Shown: positions 1 through 14,082, numbered from the stretch's first letter. The stretch: 64,000 nucleotides of DNA from Isurus oxyrinchus (GCA_026770705.1 JANJGN010000035.1:7006001-7070000); one strand, 5' to 3'. Made by a program: numbers and translations. The notes: a model not told the origin generated them from the sequence alone.

Positions 1-1589
1 TATGTTTCCTTAAGTAAGCAACCCTGTAGCAACTATTCTACACTGATCAGTTTATTGAATATTATAAATGACTATTCAGGGAACTACTGCCCCATAAGCC
101 TGGTAGTCTTTCTTATCAGAAACCACAGATTTGCAGTCATATCTCGCTCACACGCACTAAACTCTCGTTACTTTTATTTTTCTCTGTGATCCTGTCCTTG
201 CACAGCTTTCTTTGGCAACAGCAATGTTTTATTTTTGTGCTTTGTATACACATATATTTTTTCTCGGGGATCGCTAAACCTGCAAACATTTTAACCAAAC
301 TCTTTGAATTTATTTGTTGTAAAAGCCCACTAAAATGAGCAACCAAATGAACACTTGAACAACCAAACCTAAGAGAACTGAACTTTTAGGCTGGAGTATG
401 TTCCCGAAACCCAAGCGCCAAGTCTCACAATCAAAATGCGTGGAACTGAAACTATTCCACGATTTTTAGCAGGCAAATGAAAATTTGATGTATGCATGTA
501 TAAAAATGTATGCATTGTTCATAATAGTGCAAACACAAGCTTCTGCTAACCATGGATTTGATATTGTCATCACTTCACACCTCTGCTAGAGACAATGCCA
601 TGTGATTCATCCCCTTCACATCCGGTGTTGAATTTCTCATTCCCTTTGAAAAGTTCCAGGAGAATGATTAATGAGATGCACAACTTTTTCGAAAGGTTCT
701 TCTGCTTGTAATCATCCATAACAACAATATTTTGCCCAATTATTATTGTTGTTACTTAGTGGCAATTGCACTTTTTTGTTTCAGATTGTCAGCACCGGGT
801 GTTGGATGGTGTGGATTGTCCAATGCCCCACAATGACAATTGGTTCCCTTTTGATACATATTAAAAAAAAGTTCTCAGATCGACAGCATTAAGATATTCG
901 CACAAGTATTACCCATATTAATGACTATTACCAAATTCCATGTTCATCATCCCTTGTAACTGAATTACGAAAAAAAAAAGAGTTCTGCACTAATGTTATA
1001 CAAGGTGCCGTTGCACAGTCGACTAAAATAAAACCGAACGGGGTTCACAAAATACTTATTGTGTTCTGCTGCATTCTTTCTTACATATATTTACTTTAGA
1101 TGGTGTATTCATAGTGCACCTTTAATCGTTCCAAGGAGCGCATCAGGTTACATCACCCAAGACATATTTCATTGCCCCCATGCCGTACAGTTCACAAACT
1201 ACATCTCGTGGCCGAGTTATTCAATTTCCTGTGCAGTAATTTAAAATCACCATCCATAGGAAAACGCTAAGGGGTCACCATTTTCCCTTTCTATCAAAAT
1301 TTAACACGAATCAAACAGCCCAATCATGGCTAATGTCAATTCTGACCTGATGTTTCGACATTTAGTGAGCTAATCACATTTTTCGCATTTTGCTTCAGTG
1401 ATAAATGTAATAATGAAGATTCCATTTGCAAATATGAACAATTGCAATTATTGGAATGTGATGTCTGGCAGCAAATAAAACTGAGGGCCACGCTAAACAC
1501 AGAAGATTCGAAGGAAGGTGATAAAGCAGATAAAATTTGCAAAGGGAGAAGTAAAATAAGGTGGCACCCAGCATAAATGGGAATAGAGA

Positions 1590-2190
1590 ATTTTTCGATG
1601 AGCATTTAAATATTTAATGGATGTAAAAGGTGGAAGAGGGCGAATTTGGAAAAGAAGGAGGATGTGCACTTGGAGACAGCGCAGAGATATTAAATTACTA
1701 ATTTGTCTCTGTCTTTACCAAGGAACAATATGCTATTAGGGCTATGTACGAAGTGAAAGTAATTGAAAATAGAATTGAAACAATTTAAACGCTTTCTGAA
1801 TTGATAACGAACATTTTTGGATAGCTAGCCTGTACCTCAACTTGATACGAGCTCAGGATAAGATGAACTAGATGGAAGGATGCTGTGCTAAGTGAAACCG
1901 AAAGTGGCACGGACAGACGTGGTTTAATAAAAAGAAGCCGGCGTGGATTTCCAAAGAGAAAATCAGGTGTGATGAATTTGTTGGAATTTTCGATGATGCA
2001 ACAGGGAGAGTTAATTATAGCAATGCTCTTGATGTGGTGTAGGCAGAATTAAAAAACGGCTTTTGATGTATTGCCTCTGAAAAGGCTGTTCAGCAAATTT
2101 ATCGGTAAGGTTTAAAAGAGAGTGGAGATATGGATGTGGAATTAGCTGAGAGACAGGTAATAGAGATCAGTCGTTGATGCTTTTTCTCCA
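1590..2190 (+). mobile_element. CR1-type LINE ORF2 fragment (degenerate RT)
   Basis: Degenerate coding for SVFTKE and GF.K.KS.VMNLLEF.DD...RV..SNALDVV...AFD, the CR1 RT N-terminal motifs; many stops and frameshifts. Confidence 0.8.
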
Positions 2191-2196
2191 GATTAC

Positions 2197-3125
2197 ATTT
2201 TTATTATTCGTTCATGGGATCTTGCATTCGTTGGCTGGGCCGCCATTTATATCTCATCCCTATTTAATGTTAATAAGTTGGAGGTGAGCAGCTTTCAACA
2301 ACCGCTGCAGCCCATGAGGTGTATGCACAACCAAAGTGCTTTCAGAAGGGAGTTCCAGTATTCTGACACAGCCCGGTGAATGCAGTGCAATATCTTACCA
2401 AGTCACGATCGTGATTGAATTGAAGGGGAACTTTCCTGAGATGGTGTTGCCTTCTCCCAGCTCTATTTGTCCTTCAAGTTGGTAATGATGGCGGGTTTCG
2501 CAGATGCTGTCAAATAAGCTTTAGTGAATTCCTGCTGTGCATCTTGTAGATGGTACACACTGATGCTATTGTGCATCAGTCCTGAAGGGAATGAATGATT
2601 TTGGATGCAATACCAATCAAGTGTGCTGAATTTTCCTGGACGGTGTCAAGCTTCTTAAGTGCTGTGGGAGCTTCACTCATCTAGGCAATTGAGTGTAATC
2701 CAATACACTCCTAACATGTGCATTGTAGATGTTGGATAGGGTTTGGGCGTCAGAAGGAGAGATACACTTCGTACGATTACTAGCCTCCAACCTGCTGTTG
2801 AAGCCATAGTATTTGCATTGCTAGTACTATTCAGATTCTGATCAATGTTAATGTTGATAACGGATGATTCAGTGATGTTTATGCCATTGAACATCAAGGA
2901 ATGAAGGCTGTCTGTTCCAATGTGGAAGTTGGTCATTGACAGACACTTGTGTGGTGCGAAAGCTACTTGCTAATAGTGAGGCAAAGTCTTAGTTTCGCCA
3001 AGGCCTTGCTGCATTAGGGCATGGGCTGCCCCAGTTTCTGAGGAATCATGAATGGGGCTGAAAATTTTGTAATCACCAGCGAGCATCCCCACGTCGGGCC
3101 ATATGATGGAAGGAATCTAATTTAT
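2197..3125 (-). mobile_element. CR1/L2-group LINE 3' fragment (elasmobranch family ending in HHHLLKGN-type C-terminus)
   Basis: Reverse complement gives a degenerate KLDTVQE..../CTIYKMHSRNS/WNSL C-terminal RT region plus the family 3' tail (+ strand ttattcgttcatgggat...gctgggccgccattta). Related copies lie at 20.2-22.4 kb and 37.3-38.2 kb. Confidence 0.75.
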
Positions 3126-3129
3126 GAAG

Positions 3130-4150
3130 CGAGATTGGCCCGTATACTCCTACTCCCTGTAATCTGCCTGTTAGCTAATTCCAATTTATGCCAATGTTTA
3201 ACATCCCATCTCATCTTCTTTATTTTTCTCCAACAATCGTCCTTTGGGGAATGTTATCAATGTCTTCCACTGACTCTCCTCAATGCATTATGTTAGCAAC
3301 ATGCTCACGAAACTCCAACATGCTACTCAAACTTCGCTTGCCATTGTTAACTTTGCCGAATCACATTCTTATTATTCAAGTATCTATTATTTCACTCACC
3401 AAATAGAATAATGCATTTTTGCCTGCAAAACTGTAATAATAACAGTCCTGCAGTTCCTGCTTTCTCTCACCCTCCCTTGACAAATAGTCGAGTGATTGTT
3501 ACATTGTAATCTGCAAGAATTATTCTGCAATCTATATAATATTGGGAGGTGATCAGTATTAGGCACACTTGCTTCATAGATACCTACATCACAATCTTAT
3601 GTGTACGTCATAATTATGTTGCCCGGACTCAGCTACCTTCAGACCATTAATTTGCCCAATTCAACTTTCACAAATATTGTATTTTGCCCCTTCTCCCATG
3701 TTGCTTGGTTCTCAAAATCTGGGAAATTTCTTGCATTATACACAGTAATGACAGACAAAAAGTAACCGCTTAGCTTCATGCCCTTTCTCCATTCCACAAT
3801 ATGATATCTTCTGATTATTCATGCACTTGACATACATTTGTTTTAACCAAGCCTTTCCTGAATTTGTACCTATAGAATCTTTGATTTTAAAAATGTTTTA
3901 CTATTTCACATTCATAATCTATTCTCACCTTCTTTATCATTTGAATTGTTGTCATTTGTTGTATTCCAAAGCCCTCCAACCCTCCGGTTTCTGGCTCTTT
4001 CTGGCAATTTCATTAGCCTTTCATTTTAATTGTATTCAATAATGTTCAAAATATTGCTACCCTTGACTCCCAAAGTTAGCCAGGTTGTCTGTATTATCTT
4101 GTTTTATATGTCATAAAAGCTTGTGTAATTTCTGCAAAACATTGAATAAC
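3130..4150 (-). mobile_element. Heavily decayed CR1 ORF2 fragment
   Basis: Minus strand shows remnants of the NVT..FVKGG.E..GNYRPVSLT region (3420-3510) and of the SQHGF/LLEF region (3310-3370). Confidence 0.55.
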
Positions 4151-4289
4151 TCTTTAAAGGATGTCCATTGTCTTTGTTCGATCATACACTTTAATGTAAG
4201 TTCACAATCCGCCTCAGCCGATTTGCAATTTGTAAAAGACTGCAAATAAATGGCCACCAACTTGTGAAAAGAACGCAGAACAACAAATC

Positions 4290-6185
4290 TGCAGAGACAT
4301 GCAGAAGGATACAAACATTATGGAGTATTTATGATGAATGTCTTTAATTACCCGAATATAGACAGGGTCAGTAGTAATGTAAAGGGCAGAGAGGAACAAC
4401 ACTTCATAGATGTGTTCTACAGAAGCATGTGCTCAATCTAATAAGTGAAGATGGACTTTTGGTTACATGGTTCTTGGAAATGTTGTGGGCCATGTAGATC
4501 AAGTGTCACTGGTGGAACATTTAGGATACAGGGATCACTTTATTTTTACCCTTTAGTGTGATGATATTAAAAGTAGGATAGGCAATCTTGAGAAAAAGTA
4601 AGTAACGGGAGGGGTGCCATTTTCGAACGGGCAAGAACTGTGCTTGGTCAGATAGGCAAGGATGAAATATTGGCGGTGAAAAAAAAGAAAAATCTGTATT
4701 TCATCAATTGGCTACCATGAAAAAAGAAATCGATCGGGCACAATCAAGATATAATCCATCGAACGAGAAAGGTAAGGTAAGCAACTCCATAACTCACTGA
4801 ATTAAAGAATAAATAAAACAAAATAATAAACTGACGCAAATTTTGACTTCAGCTATGGGCAAGGTTCTAGAAATAATTATTCGTGATAGATTTAATAGTC
4901 ACATGGAAAAAAGTATGGATTGATAAAGAAGAGCAGGCATGGATTTCTAAGTGGGAAATTGTGTTTACCTAACGTGCTGGAGTTTTTTGAAGAGGTAACT
5001 GAAAAAGCTGATGAGCGTAATGCTGTTGACATGATGTGCATAGACTTCGAAAAGGCATCCGATTGCCCTAAAACATTTTTTGTGTGTAAAGCTTTTCTTC
5101 GTGGTACTTAAGGGGCAGTAGCAACGTGGATACAAAATTGGCTGAAACATCGGGATCAGACAGTAATGTATAATGGATAACTTTACGTCTGCAGGAAAGT
5201 TTGTACTGGAGTTCCACACGGGTCGGCCTGCAATCCTTGCTTTAGTGATATACATTAATGATATGGATCTTGGTGTGCAGGGGACAATTACAAACTTTTC
5301 GGATGGGAGAGTTGAAAACTGCAAGAGAGACAGTGTGGAAGCTCAAAACGACATTGAATATTTGGCCGAGTTAACAGATAAATCTCAGAGGAAGTTCAAT
5401 GTGGGGAAGTGTTTGGAGATGCATCTTGTTAGGAAGAGAGTGGATAGGCAGTTTATAATGAGGGGTGAAATGTTTTAGGAGGTGCAGAGCAAAATTACCT
5501 GGCTGAATAAGTGCATAGATATTTGAAGGTTGCAGGATAGATGGACAGGATTCAATAAAGCACATAGAATCCTGGGCATTATTAAGAAGGATATAAAGTA
5601 CCAGAGCAAGGTGGCTATGCGGATCTTTTTTTTATTTGACGCTCTTTCGACCTCAGCTGAATCATTATATGCAGTTCTAGGCGCCACATTAAAGGAAGAA
5701 TGTGAACACATTGGAGAGAGCGCAGAAGAAGTTTATCAGGATGTTCCCAGGAATGAGAATGTTCAGTAATGAACATAGATTGGAGAGGATGGTAACGTTT
5801 TCCTTGCAGAGAATAAGGCTAAGAAGACGTTTAATGGATATATTCAAAATCAATTGGGGGCCGGGAAGAGTAAATAGAGGGAAGCTATTTCCATTCGTAA
5901 AAGAAATCAAGAACAAGAGGACACGAAAATAAAATGATTTGCAACTGAAGCAAATGTGACGTGAGAAAATGACAGTTTTCACACAACCAGTTGTTTGGAT
6001 CTAGAACGCACTGCCTGGAAGTGCTGGAGACCGCTGGGTGAACTTTTCAATATAAACACGCTCCAGGGGTACGGGGAAAATGTAGAGGAATGACACCAGG
6101 TCAGGATGTCCATTTGGAGAGCCGGTGCAGACACGGTTGGCCAATTATTCTCCTTCTGTGCCGTTATAATTATGTAATTATTTCA
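4290..6185 (+). mobile_element. 5'-truncated CR1 LINE (endonuclease C-terminus, RT, 3' UTR)
   Basis: VLGNVVGHVDQVSLVEHLGYRDH (endonuclease end); SRHGFLSGKLCLPNVLEFFEEVTEKADERNAVDMMCIDFEKA; IYINDMDLGVQGTI; LERAQKKFIRMFPGM; CR1 3' tail ccttctgtgccgttataattatgtaatt at about 6150-6185. Confidence 0.93.
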
Positions 6186-7089
6186 TATTTCCTTTTGTTC
6201 CAACTTAGCACCTTAACTTCTTACAGAAGTACCACATTTTCAAACATAAGATAACATTCTGCAATATTACGGTTCCTCATGCCAAAAGATTAGTTTGAAT
6301 CAAGTCTATCAATCAGCTTACTATTTTTGTTGCATAATTCTAAGCATAATATATTTTATTCTCTTGTCGGTTCCTCAACCAATTGCTCCAGAACGCCATC
6401 CCTACGGTCACCAGAAGTCCACCTCTACAGGATTAGTACGCATCATATTTCACCAGTCTACTTGCGTTTCATTGCTATATTGTCCATGCTACCGACTATT
6501 GTTACATCACAATGCCCACTTTATGTTCAATAAGCAATGTTGCAATATTTTCCTCTATGGGAAATACTGGAATTTCGTATTGTCTTAATTTCCGTGAACT
6601 GAATACTGAAATAACAATTTGTTATGCTTATACACCTTTGAGTTTGTCCGAGGTCAATATTATCCAGCGGCTGTTCACTCTATTCTGCAGCGAAAAAATC
6701 ATTTTCCAACATTCACATTTGTCATTTACAAAAGAGCTTCAGCTGTTCAAAATGGTCTTGTACTTGCAATCAGATCGATTCCTTCTTACATTGTTAACAG
6801 ATTCTTTAATCTTTGCGAGGTCATTATTTGCTTGGCCCTCCTCATAATATTTTGAATTCATTTCGTTTATTTCATACTTACTCTCTGCCAACACAACTGC
6901 ATCTTCATACCAGCACACAGGTGTGTGAACCTTACAATCGAGTTTCTAATTCATAATCTTTGAAATTCACGGCAAATGGATATGTGTTATGAGATTGCAC
7001 ATGACTACCGTCCCGAATCAATCATATGTTTTACATGGGATATATTCGCAATGTTCCAGTCTCATGTGCTCCTATTCGCAGAAACAGAA

Positions 7090-8040
7090 TTAACCAAACT
7101 ATGTTCCATTTCGTAGTTTCACTTTTGACTTGAACAGGATCAGAATGAATAAACCCACTGAATTACCAGGCTGTGATACCATTGTGTAATTTGAAGGGCA
7201 AGTTAAGCTTCCATGAATGAATCATGAGAGAGTTTCGCCTCACGCATCTGCCTCTTCTCCTATCATAGGCTTGTTCAACCAGACAGGACCCATAGATGGC
7301 AGGGAAATAAATCATTCCTGACAGCCTCATCACAGCCACCCCTATTCCCTTTGAAGGGCTTATTAATTTTCCTGGCCTACCTTCCACCACTTCTCGAGTG
7401 GACAGTTACACCTTGCCCCCTTTTAAGTTAGCGTTCCGGTTGGCATTCCCTTTGGTTACAATAACATTCATTTCCACTTTAGGTTTTCGGCATCGACTCA
7501 TGCGAGGTCAAGTCCAACCTATACATTAGTTATGCCCCCTCTCGAATAAGCTGCTAATGTCATTAGCTAATTCCTTTTTTCGTGTCAAATTCAATATCAC
7601 CAGCATCACCTCATTGAGCACACCAGTATGCAATATGTTCCCAGTAATTATGAACTCTAAACCATTCTATTGAATATTCTGTTTTCACCGGACAATACCT
7701 TATTCCCTCTCAAGTTCCATCTCGTTAATATACTGTACCTATCTTTCATTCTCTAGTTCATGATCTGGGAGAGTTTTCCAGGAAGTTCACTTGTCAATTA
7801 CCTCACTTAAGTCATTAAAATAAACTCATTTATAGACTGAAGAATTTTCCACATCTCTCCCTTTTGCTTTATCCAAATTTTGGATTAATTTATCCTAATT
7901 GCCTTACTCCAAATATGTTAATTGCTCCAACACGAATTCCCCCAACTTGAAAACTTTACGTTCGCTCCTTTGAAACATATTTTAACTCCGCAATTCAATT
8001 AAATGTCATTGCATCTCTTCAAGGAGCTCTCGAGAATCTT
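7090..8040 (-). mobile_element. Decayed CR1 ORF2 fragment
   Basis: Minus-strand remnants of the RT C-terminal region and of the CR1 3' UTR (about 7160-7330). Confidence 0.5.
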
Positions 8041-9019
8041 GGCATTCTACTAAAATATTTTCATGATTTATTTTTTCAACATGTATCAAACACATCTGAT
8101 TGATGTCAGGCACAAAAATGTTTTGGTGCTTTGTCCATTTTCGCATATAACATAAACCAGAAGTAAATTGTTGAATTACATTCCGGGTGTAAAATCACAA
8201 AAAAAAAAAATGCCAAATTCCACAGTGTTGGTGGTTGACATGCTTTAATCGTTTGTTCCTTCTTCCAGAAACAAACTGTCGTTCCTTTTGATGCTGAGAA
8301 ACATCGTCTCCTGCTTTCCCATTGAAAAATAAATAGAACATGCTTATCCCCTTAAGCATGAGATAAATTTCCAAAAATTCAAATTTTTGCACCAAATCTT
8401 TGTGGAAAGTTTAATACTCATTGGCCAATCCGTTTTCATCGGAGCTTAAAAGGTCAAACACTTTTTTCGGCAGGAAAATAAGGATGGGCCTGAAAGAAAT
8501 AACGATTCTCCTGAAAAAAATGCAGGCAAGTATTTTGGCTATGAAAGTGCTGCGACATGAAACAACTGCGTACAAGTTCCAAACATATTGATGCTGCTGG
8601 AAATCTTGGAATTCTGCAGAAAAATGATATGCCGTAGCAGTAGAAGGGGCTAACTCGCTGTTGCCTAATTGGAGAGCAGAGAAAATGTTCTCAGATGGGC
8701 TAAAGATGATGTCACCCCTTTAAAAAAAAAACACAGGGCACAGGCACTGCTATGTGTTCTAGTTTCTTTACAATGAAAATAGTACGATTCCTTTCAAACT
8801 GCTGATATATTTTGGATATTTGATATAAATAAATCTCTTCAAGTTTACCCGCACCCCAGAGGAAATTCTACAGACTTCAAAATATTTAAACACTTCGTAG
8901 CGCATGTCTCACCCAAGATTAAAATCGAACTCGACATTTGATGTTTCTAAATTCCTACGAAACATTAAAATTACGATTTTGTTAAAATTATGAACTCTTT
9001 TTTCAAAAATCAGGACAAA

Positions 9020-9362
9020 TCCAGTACAGCCAGTAATCGCCCAACCAATCTATTCGTGATCATCAGTAAAATAAAGGAAAGGGTCATCAACAATGCAACC
9101 AAGCGACAGGTGGCTAGCAATAAATTGCTCACTGACGCCTAGTTTGGCTCCCGCCAGGGCTATTAGCTCCTGACCCATTACCGCCTTGGTTAAAACATGT
9201 ATATAAGAGCTGAACTCCGCACGTGATGTTAGAGTGACCTCCCTTGACAGCAAGGCTGCATTTGGAAGAGCGTGGCATCAAGGAACCCTAGCTAAATCAG
9301 CAATGTGAATAAGGGCAATGCTCTTCACTGGCTGGAGTCATACCTAACACCAAGGAAGATTG
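9020..9362 (+). mobile_element. CR1/L2-group LINE RT fragment
   Basis: LLTDA*FGSRQGY*LLTHYRL..KELNSARDVRVTSLDSKAAFGRAWHQGTLAK...LHWLESYLTPRKI, a degenerate QFGFR / LDIKAAFDRVWH RT motif set. Confidence 0.85.
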
Positions 9363-9371
9363 AAACATATA

Positions 9372-9473
9372 AGCATGATACTGCGGATGCTGATAACCTG
9401 AAAAAAAATGAACATGCTCTCAAAACTCAGCACGTCTAGTAGCATTTCGCCAGAGGGAAACAAAGTTAACGTT
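9372..9473 (-). repeat. Penelope-like element terminal-repeat fragment
   Basis: atactgcggatgctgataacctgaaaa...actcagcacgtctagtagcatt...gttaacgtt is the reverse complement of the terminus seen at 21780-21885 and 32870-32949. Confidence 0.65.
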
Positions 9474-11461
9474 ATAATATTAATAATAATAAATAAAAAT
9501 TAACTTTCATGTATCATGCTTCCAGACCACATATTTTTTTTTAATTTAACGATATAAAATTATATTATGATTGAAATCAACTATTTTCCATTTGGTTCAG
9601 TTTGTTCTGTTGTGCTGGGAGTGCGTGAGGTGTGTCTGGGAAGGCAGTAGGTATGCTGATTAATCTATTCTTCTAGGTATAATGATGTCAATCACATACT
9701 GATGGGCAACTTGTTGTGCAACTAGCTGATAGGAATATCAATGCTGGAAGAATCTAAAGAGACAAACCGTGAGAATCTACCTGCCCAACAGAAGCTAGAA
9801 TTGCATGAGCAAGAGCCGAGCAAGTGCGCTCCCGGATGTGCTCTGGGTCACCATGACGGAAGAAAATAAGCAGTGGAAGATTTAACACCACTTTTTTTTC
9901 GAAAGGCCCACCTTATATTGTACAATAAACCAGGTGAAATTTACGTATATCATTAAGAAATCCATGCCTATTTGTTGGGCCATTGTGTGCAAATGTGGCG
10001 ATGGTGTAACATTTCTCATTTTAAAACAATATTTATGTCATCCACTGCATTTCAGGGAGGGTAGCCGTATATTGCTTTGAATACCTAGTGAATGTTTCAA
10101 CCAGACTTTCAACGACGGCTGAATTCACATTCAGTAACAATGCTCCCTTTGCTCTATTGTTAGGCTGCAACAGCCACACTTTCAGTGACCTGTGACGTGT
10201 TAATCAGATTAATTGGTTTATCATTGATACTCTCATAAATGGTCGGAAAAACATTTAGGTTATGCAACGGGTCCAAAAACACATGCTACTGTTGGAATAA
10301 TGCACTGCCAACAGTGCTTATCACAAAAGTATTGATATCCTCTATCTGCGCAACAATGATTGTTCAAGTAACTGTAATATATACCTGCCAGGTTCAAATA
10401 ACAAGATTTAGGGGAAATATATTACCGCTGCTAATCGTATTTGCCCTGTCCATTCACATCCATTAGTTATTTGGAGAACAAACAAGAACGTGTACATTGT
10501 TTGGGAGATCAGGAATGTTTGGTTAGAATTGCTGTCCAGATAAAAAAAAAACATCGACAGAATTAGAACATATAATGCGAGTTTCGTGTTGGCAGGTAAG
10601 CAGTACATATATGGCTATGTAACGTGCTCTTCTGTCTGTTCCTTAAAATACCAGGATACATATGACCAATACTGAAGGTTCTATACTAAGGCTTTGCAAG
10701 AATTGAAGAAAGAAGACTGGTGAATATAGGGATAACTGAATGCTTAAATGAGATGGGAACGATTGAAACGGTCATCAGTTAAAATCCCTATCAGCTTTTA
10801 TGTTTCATTAAGTATTTCAATAGCGTTTTAACAAATTGCCAATGGGTTTGTTGTTGTTTTGTGGCCGCGTTCTTTTCCAATTTCGCCCACACTCTTGTGA
10901 TTGGTGGTAGAGTTGTGGTTTGGAGATTTACATGCCACAGGGGGCTAACATTTCAATGGCTAAAATAAGATGCAAAAATGTCTCAAATGTTTCCCTGCGC
11001 AATCCATAAATTTTGATCTCCTAGTGACTAAATTTAATTCAAGATGACGCACAATAGTTACAATGAAAAACTTGTCATTAGGATAGCAAACTGAGCCCAA
11101 ATCTCACACATAACTGTAAAAACACGAGAACAACAAATAAACAAAAAAGAAGATAACAGGCTTAGACGGGCCTGTGTTAAGAATATTTCGAATAAGTGTC
11201 CAAAAAAATAAGACCAAATAAAATCCGTTGAAATGTGCTGATGCATGGCAAGTCAACATCAATACAGGAAACTGCAAAATGATACAAATGAAGAAAGATT
11301 GCTGTGTGAAAATATAGACGGTCTGTTACATTGATTGTAGTTGCCCCACGAAGAATGGCAAACTTAAGAAGGCATACCTAACCTTCCTCATTTGAAATGT
11401 CGAGACAAAGTACATAAGGAAGAGAAGTGTAGGAAATCTAGTTCAAACATGAATAAAGCCC

Positions 11462-11600
11462 CAGCTAGATGAAGGGCTTTACAGACTCAAAACATCAAGT
11501 GTATCTGTCTCTGCAGATGCTGTCAGACCTGTTGCGTTTTTCCAGGTATTTTTGCTTTTGTTCTGGATTTCCAGAATCTGCTGTATTTTGCTTTATTTCC
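11462..11600 (+). repeat. Penelope-like terminal-repeat fragment
   Basis: gatgaagggctttacagactcaaaacatcaa...cagatgctgtcagacctgttgcgtttttccagg...gatttccagaatctgctgtattttgcttt matches the other Penelope termini in the window. Confidence 0.7.
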
Positions 11601-11849
11601 AGATAGAGATTCTTGGACAATTATGCACAAAACTCTGGGAGGGTGTTAAAGCATTAGACCAGATGCATAAGAAAGCTTCTAAAAATGTAGCAGTGAAGCG
11701 GATTTTGCATTTGCATTGTACTATTAAAAATCTTGAATATTCACATCAGAAGATAAAACATGGAAGCGAGATTGCAGAGGTATATTTGGCGAAATATTTC
11801 ACTGATTGAGCTGGTTTAGAGGGAAGCAAAACACGTATCTGGAGTTAAA

Positions 11850-12068
11850 CGTCTGACGATGACCATAAAACCATTTCCGTTGTCTTAAAAAACGTCAAGT
11901 TCACTAATGTCCTCTAGGGAATTAATCTGTTGCCCTTACATGATCTGACCTATATGTGACTCCAGACACACAGCAATGCATTTTACTCTTTCATGTCTCC
12001 CGAATAAGGTTTGGGAAATACATGTTGACCTCGCCAGAGACGTCCACATACTACGAACGATTAAAAAC
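11850..12068 (+). mobile_element. SINE fragment sharing its 3' tail with the CR1/L2-group LINE
   Basis: gttcactaatgtcc...acctatatgtgactccagac..acagcaatg; reverse-complement homologue at 63530-63775; ends in gccagagacgtccacat...aaaa like the LINE tail. Confidence 0.7.
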
Positions 12069-13927
12069 CACACTAGTTTTAACTAAAAAAGCAATTTTAT
12101 TGCGATTATAAATGGGGCACAGGAGACATGTGGATGGCGGTGGTGTTTGGGGGGGTGTATTGGTGAGGGGTACAAAAAATCAGTTTTTACTAATTGAAAA
12201 TTAAGCCTGATACAGTGCTGAAGGATATCGAAAGTTAACTTTAAAGAGGACAAAGAAAAATACTTGCAGGGGGAAAATGCTATGCTGAAAGAGCAGTTTG
12301 ACAGAAGCCACTTCCAAAGATCATTAACATTTTCAGTAAAAGGTTCGATTGGTTCAATAACATTTATCAATGCTATAATATTCCTTAATAAGGCAGGGTC
12401 ATCAATATCGTTTGTGTTGTTGAGATCATGTAACACTCGTTAAATCTAAAGCTCAAAGATAGCAGGCAGTTGACAAGCCTTCCTCTCCGCATTTTTATCC
12501 ATTAACTGCAGGCAAAGTCTAACCCATGGAGTGACTCATGAAAATTCATACAAAGTTCAGTGGATCTATTGCCATCGCTGTCTGTTAGAGAAAAAAAAAA
12601 ACACCAGCATGAGTTTAATGATTGTGTGAATACAGCCGGCATAATGTAATATTTTGGAGATCAAGTAAAATAATCTGTATGGAACCGGTCGCAAGCGGTA
12701 ATCAAATATCCTCCACCCTGCCTAATAAAGGAAAGTTCATCATCACGTTCTTTGCCCCATTACTTCGGAGAAAGAAAATATTTGGCATTGGCTTTTGGAC
12801 GGATATTACAAATAATACTGATGATGCGGACCACAAGTTCAAATGAAACCCACACCTAAGCAGTGATGGTGAAACAAATAACCTATCCCACCGTAATTTG
12901 TTCGACAACTAGGCTTTGAGCAGGCCAAATTTATTTGACAACTAACAAACGTGGACTGCTCTTACAATTTTCTCATATCTTTTATTTTAAATCGCAATAT
13001 CTGGTCTTTCGATAACATTGCAATGCTTTTGTAAGCAAGGATAATTTTATGCCACCCTTATCAGAGTGTTCAGGAATTTATACCAGTGGAACGATATTTG
13101 ATCCTCCTTATCATTATAGACTTTAGTCGCTATTTTGCAACCCAGCGATGACGCACATCATTCTACCACTCCCTCAAAATGCGCAATAGAGATTGAGCTT
13201 TGCTTTGCTGATCAATTTTCAGGGCATGCTACAGACAACACTTTATTTAGGTGCCATTCTGAATCAGTGCGGAAAATTGACCAGGGAATTAATGGTGAAA
13301 GCAGCAGGAACTTTCCAAAGGTATCCACAAACTTGCGTGCAGGAAATTGCATTTGCTTCTCCCACAATAGTACCACTTACTTTTGATATTTTTCATTGCA
13401 TGTGTACTGATCTAGCAAATGTCCTCTTTTACAACATTGGATAATGCAAATGTGTATTACTTGACAGGACTTCTGCTATGTGATTGTCTGGATTTTGCTT
13501 TTTTAATCTTAAAAAGGCCTAATTGTATAACTGACAGACGAAAAGAACATTCCCTTTTAAAACTCCTACTTAAAATTAACATTTCACCTCCACTTTTGAA
13601 ACAAAGAAAGCAAAAAAAAAAAATGATTATCACAACATACCAGCGCAAAACAGTCATTCTGTTCAATGAAGATTAATATGTACCGGAATGTGCACTATTG
13701 ACCAAATCTATTCTTGGAAAAACTTCCATTATTCTTCGCGTTGTATAATATGCTTCAAACCTGCATTCTATCACTGAATTGTGATCCTAAGATAATAGAA
13801 TGTCCATCTCCTTAAAAAATGGCAAACAAGTTCAAGTTATGTTAAGTGCGCAATTTCATAATTGTATTCAAATGTTCACGCTACAATCGCTGATTTGTAA
13901 AGTTTAAACAACCTTTCAGTTGGGCAT

Positions 13928-14082
13928 TGAAAAACAGAAAGCCCCGGAAAAACGCAAGAGGCCTGGTGGACCGTGGAGAGAGAAGCAAAGTTAATGTATC
14001 GAGTTTGTAAGTCCTTTCTTATGATTTGCAGATTGCCAGGTTCAGGTTTTGTAATTTCCAGCATCAGTAGTGTTTTGCTTTT
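13928..14082. repeat. Short Penelope-derived terminal fragments in opposite orientations
   Basis: 13928-14020 is a reverse terminus (gtggagagagaagcaaagttaat); 14040-14082 is a forward terminus (atttccagcatcagtagtgttttgcttt). Confidence 0.55.

Noticed and set aside
7114-7126. ISRE-like AGTTTCACTTTT
   Set aside because: Short motif expected by chance, at the edge of a LINE relic, and not tied to any defined transcription start.
9677-9933. Exon-like segment (ttcttctAG ... CAG|GTGAAA) encoding MLEESKETNRENLPAQQKLEL
   Set aside because: Contains stops and no recognisable domain; may belong to the dead gene but cannot be supported.
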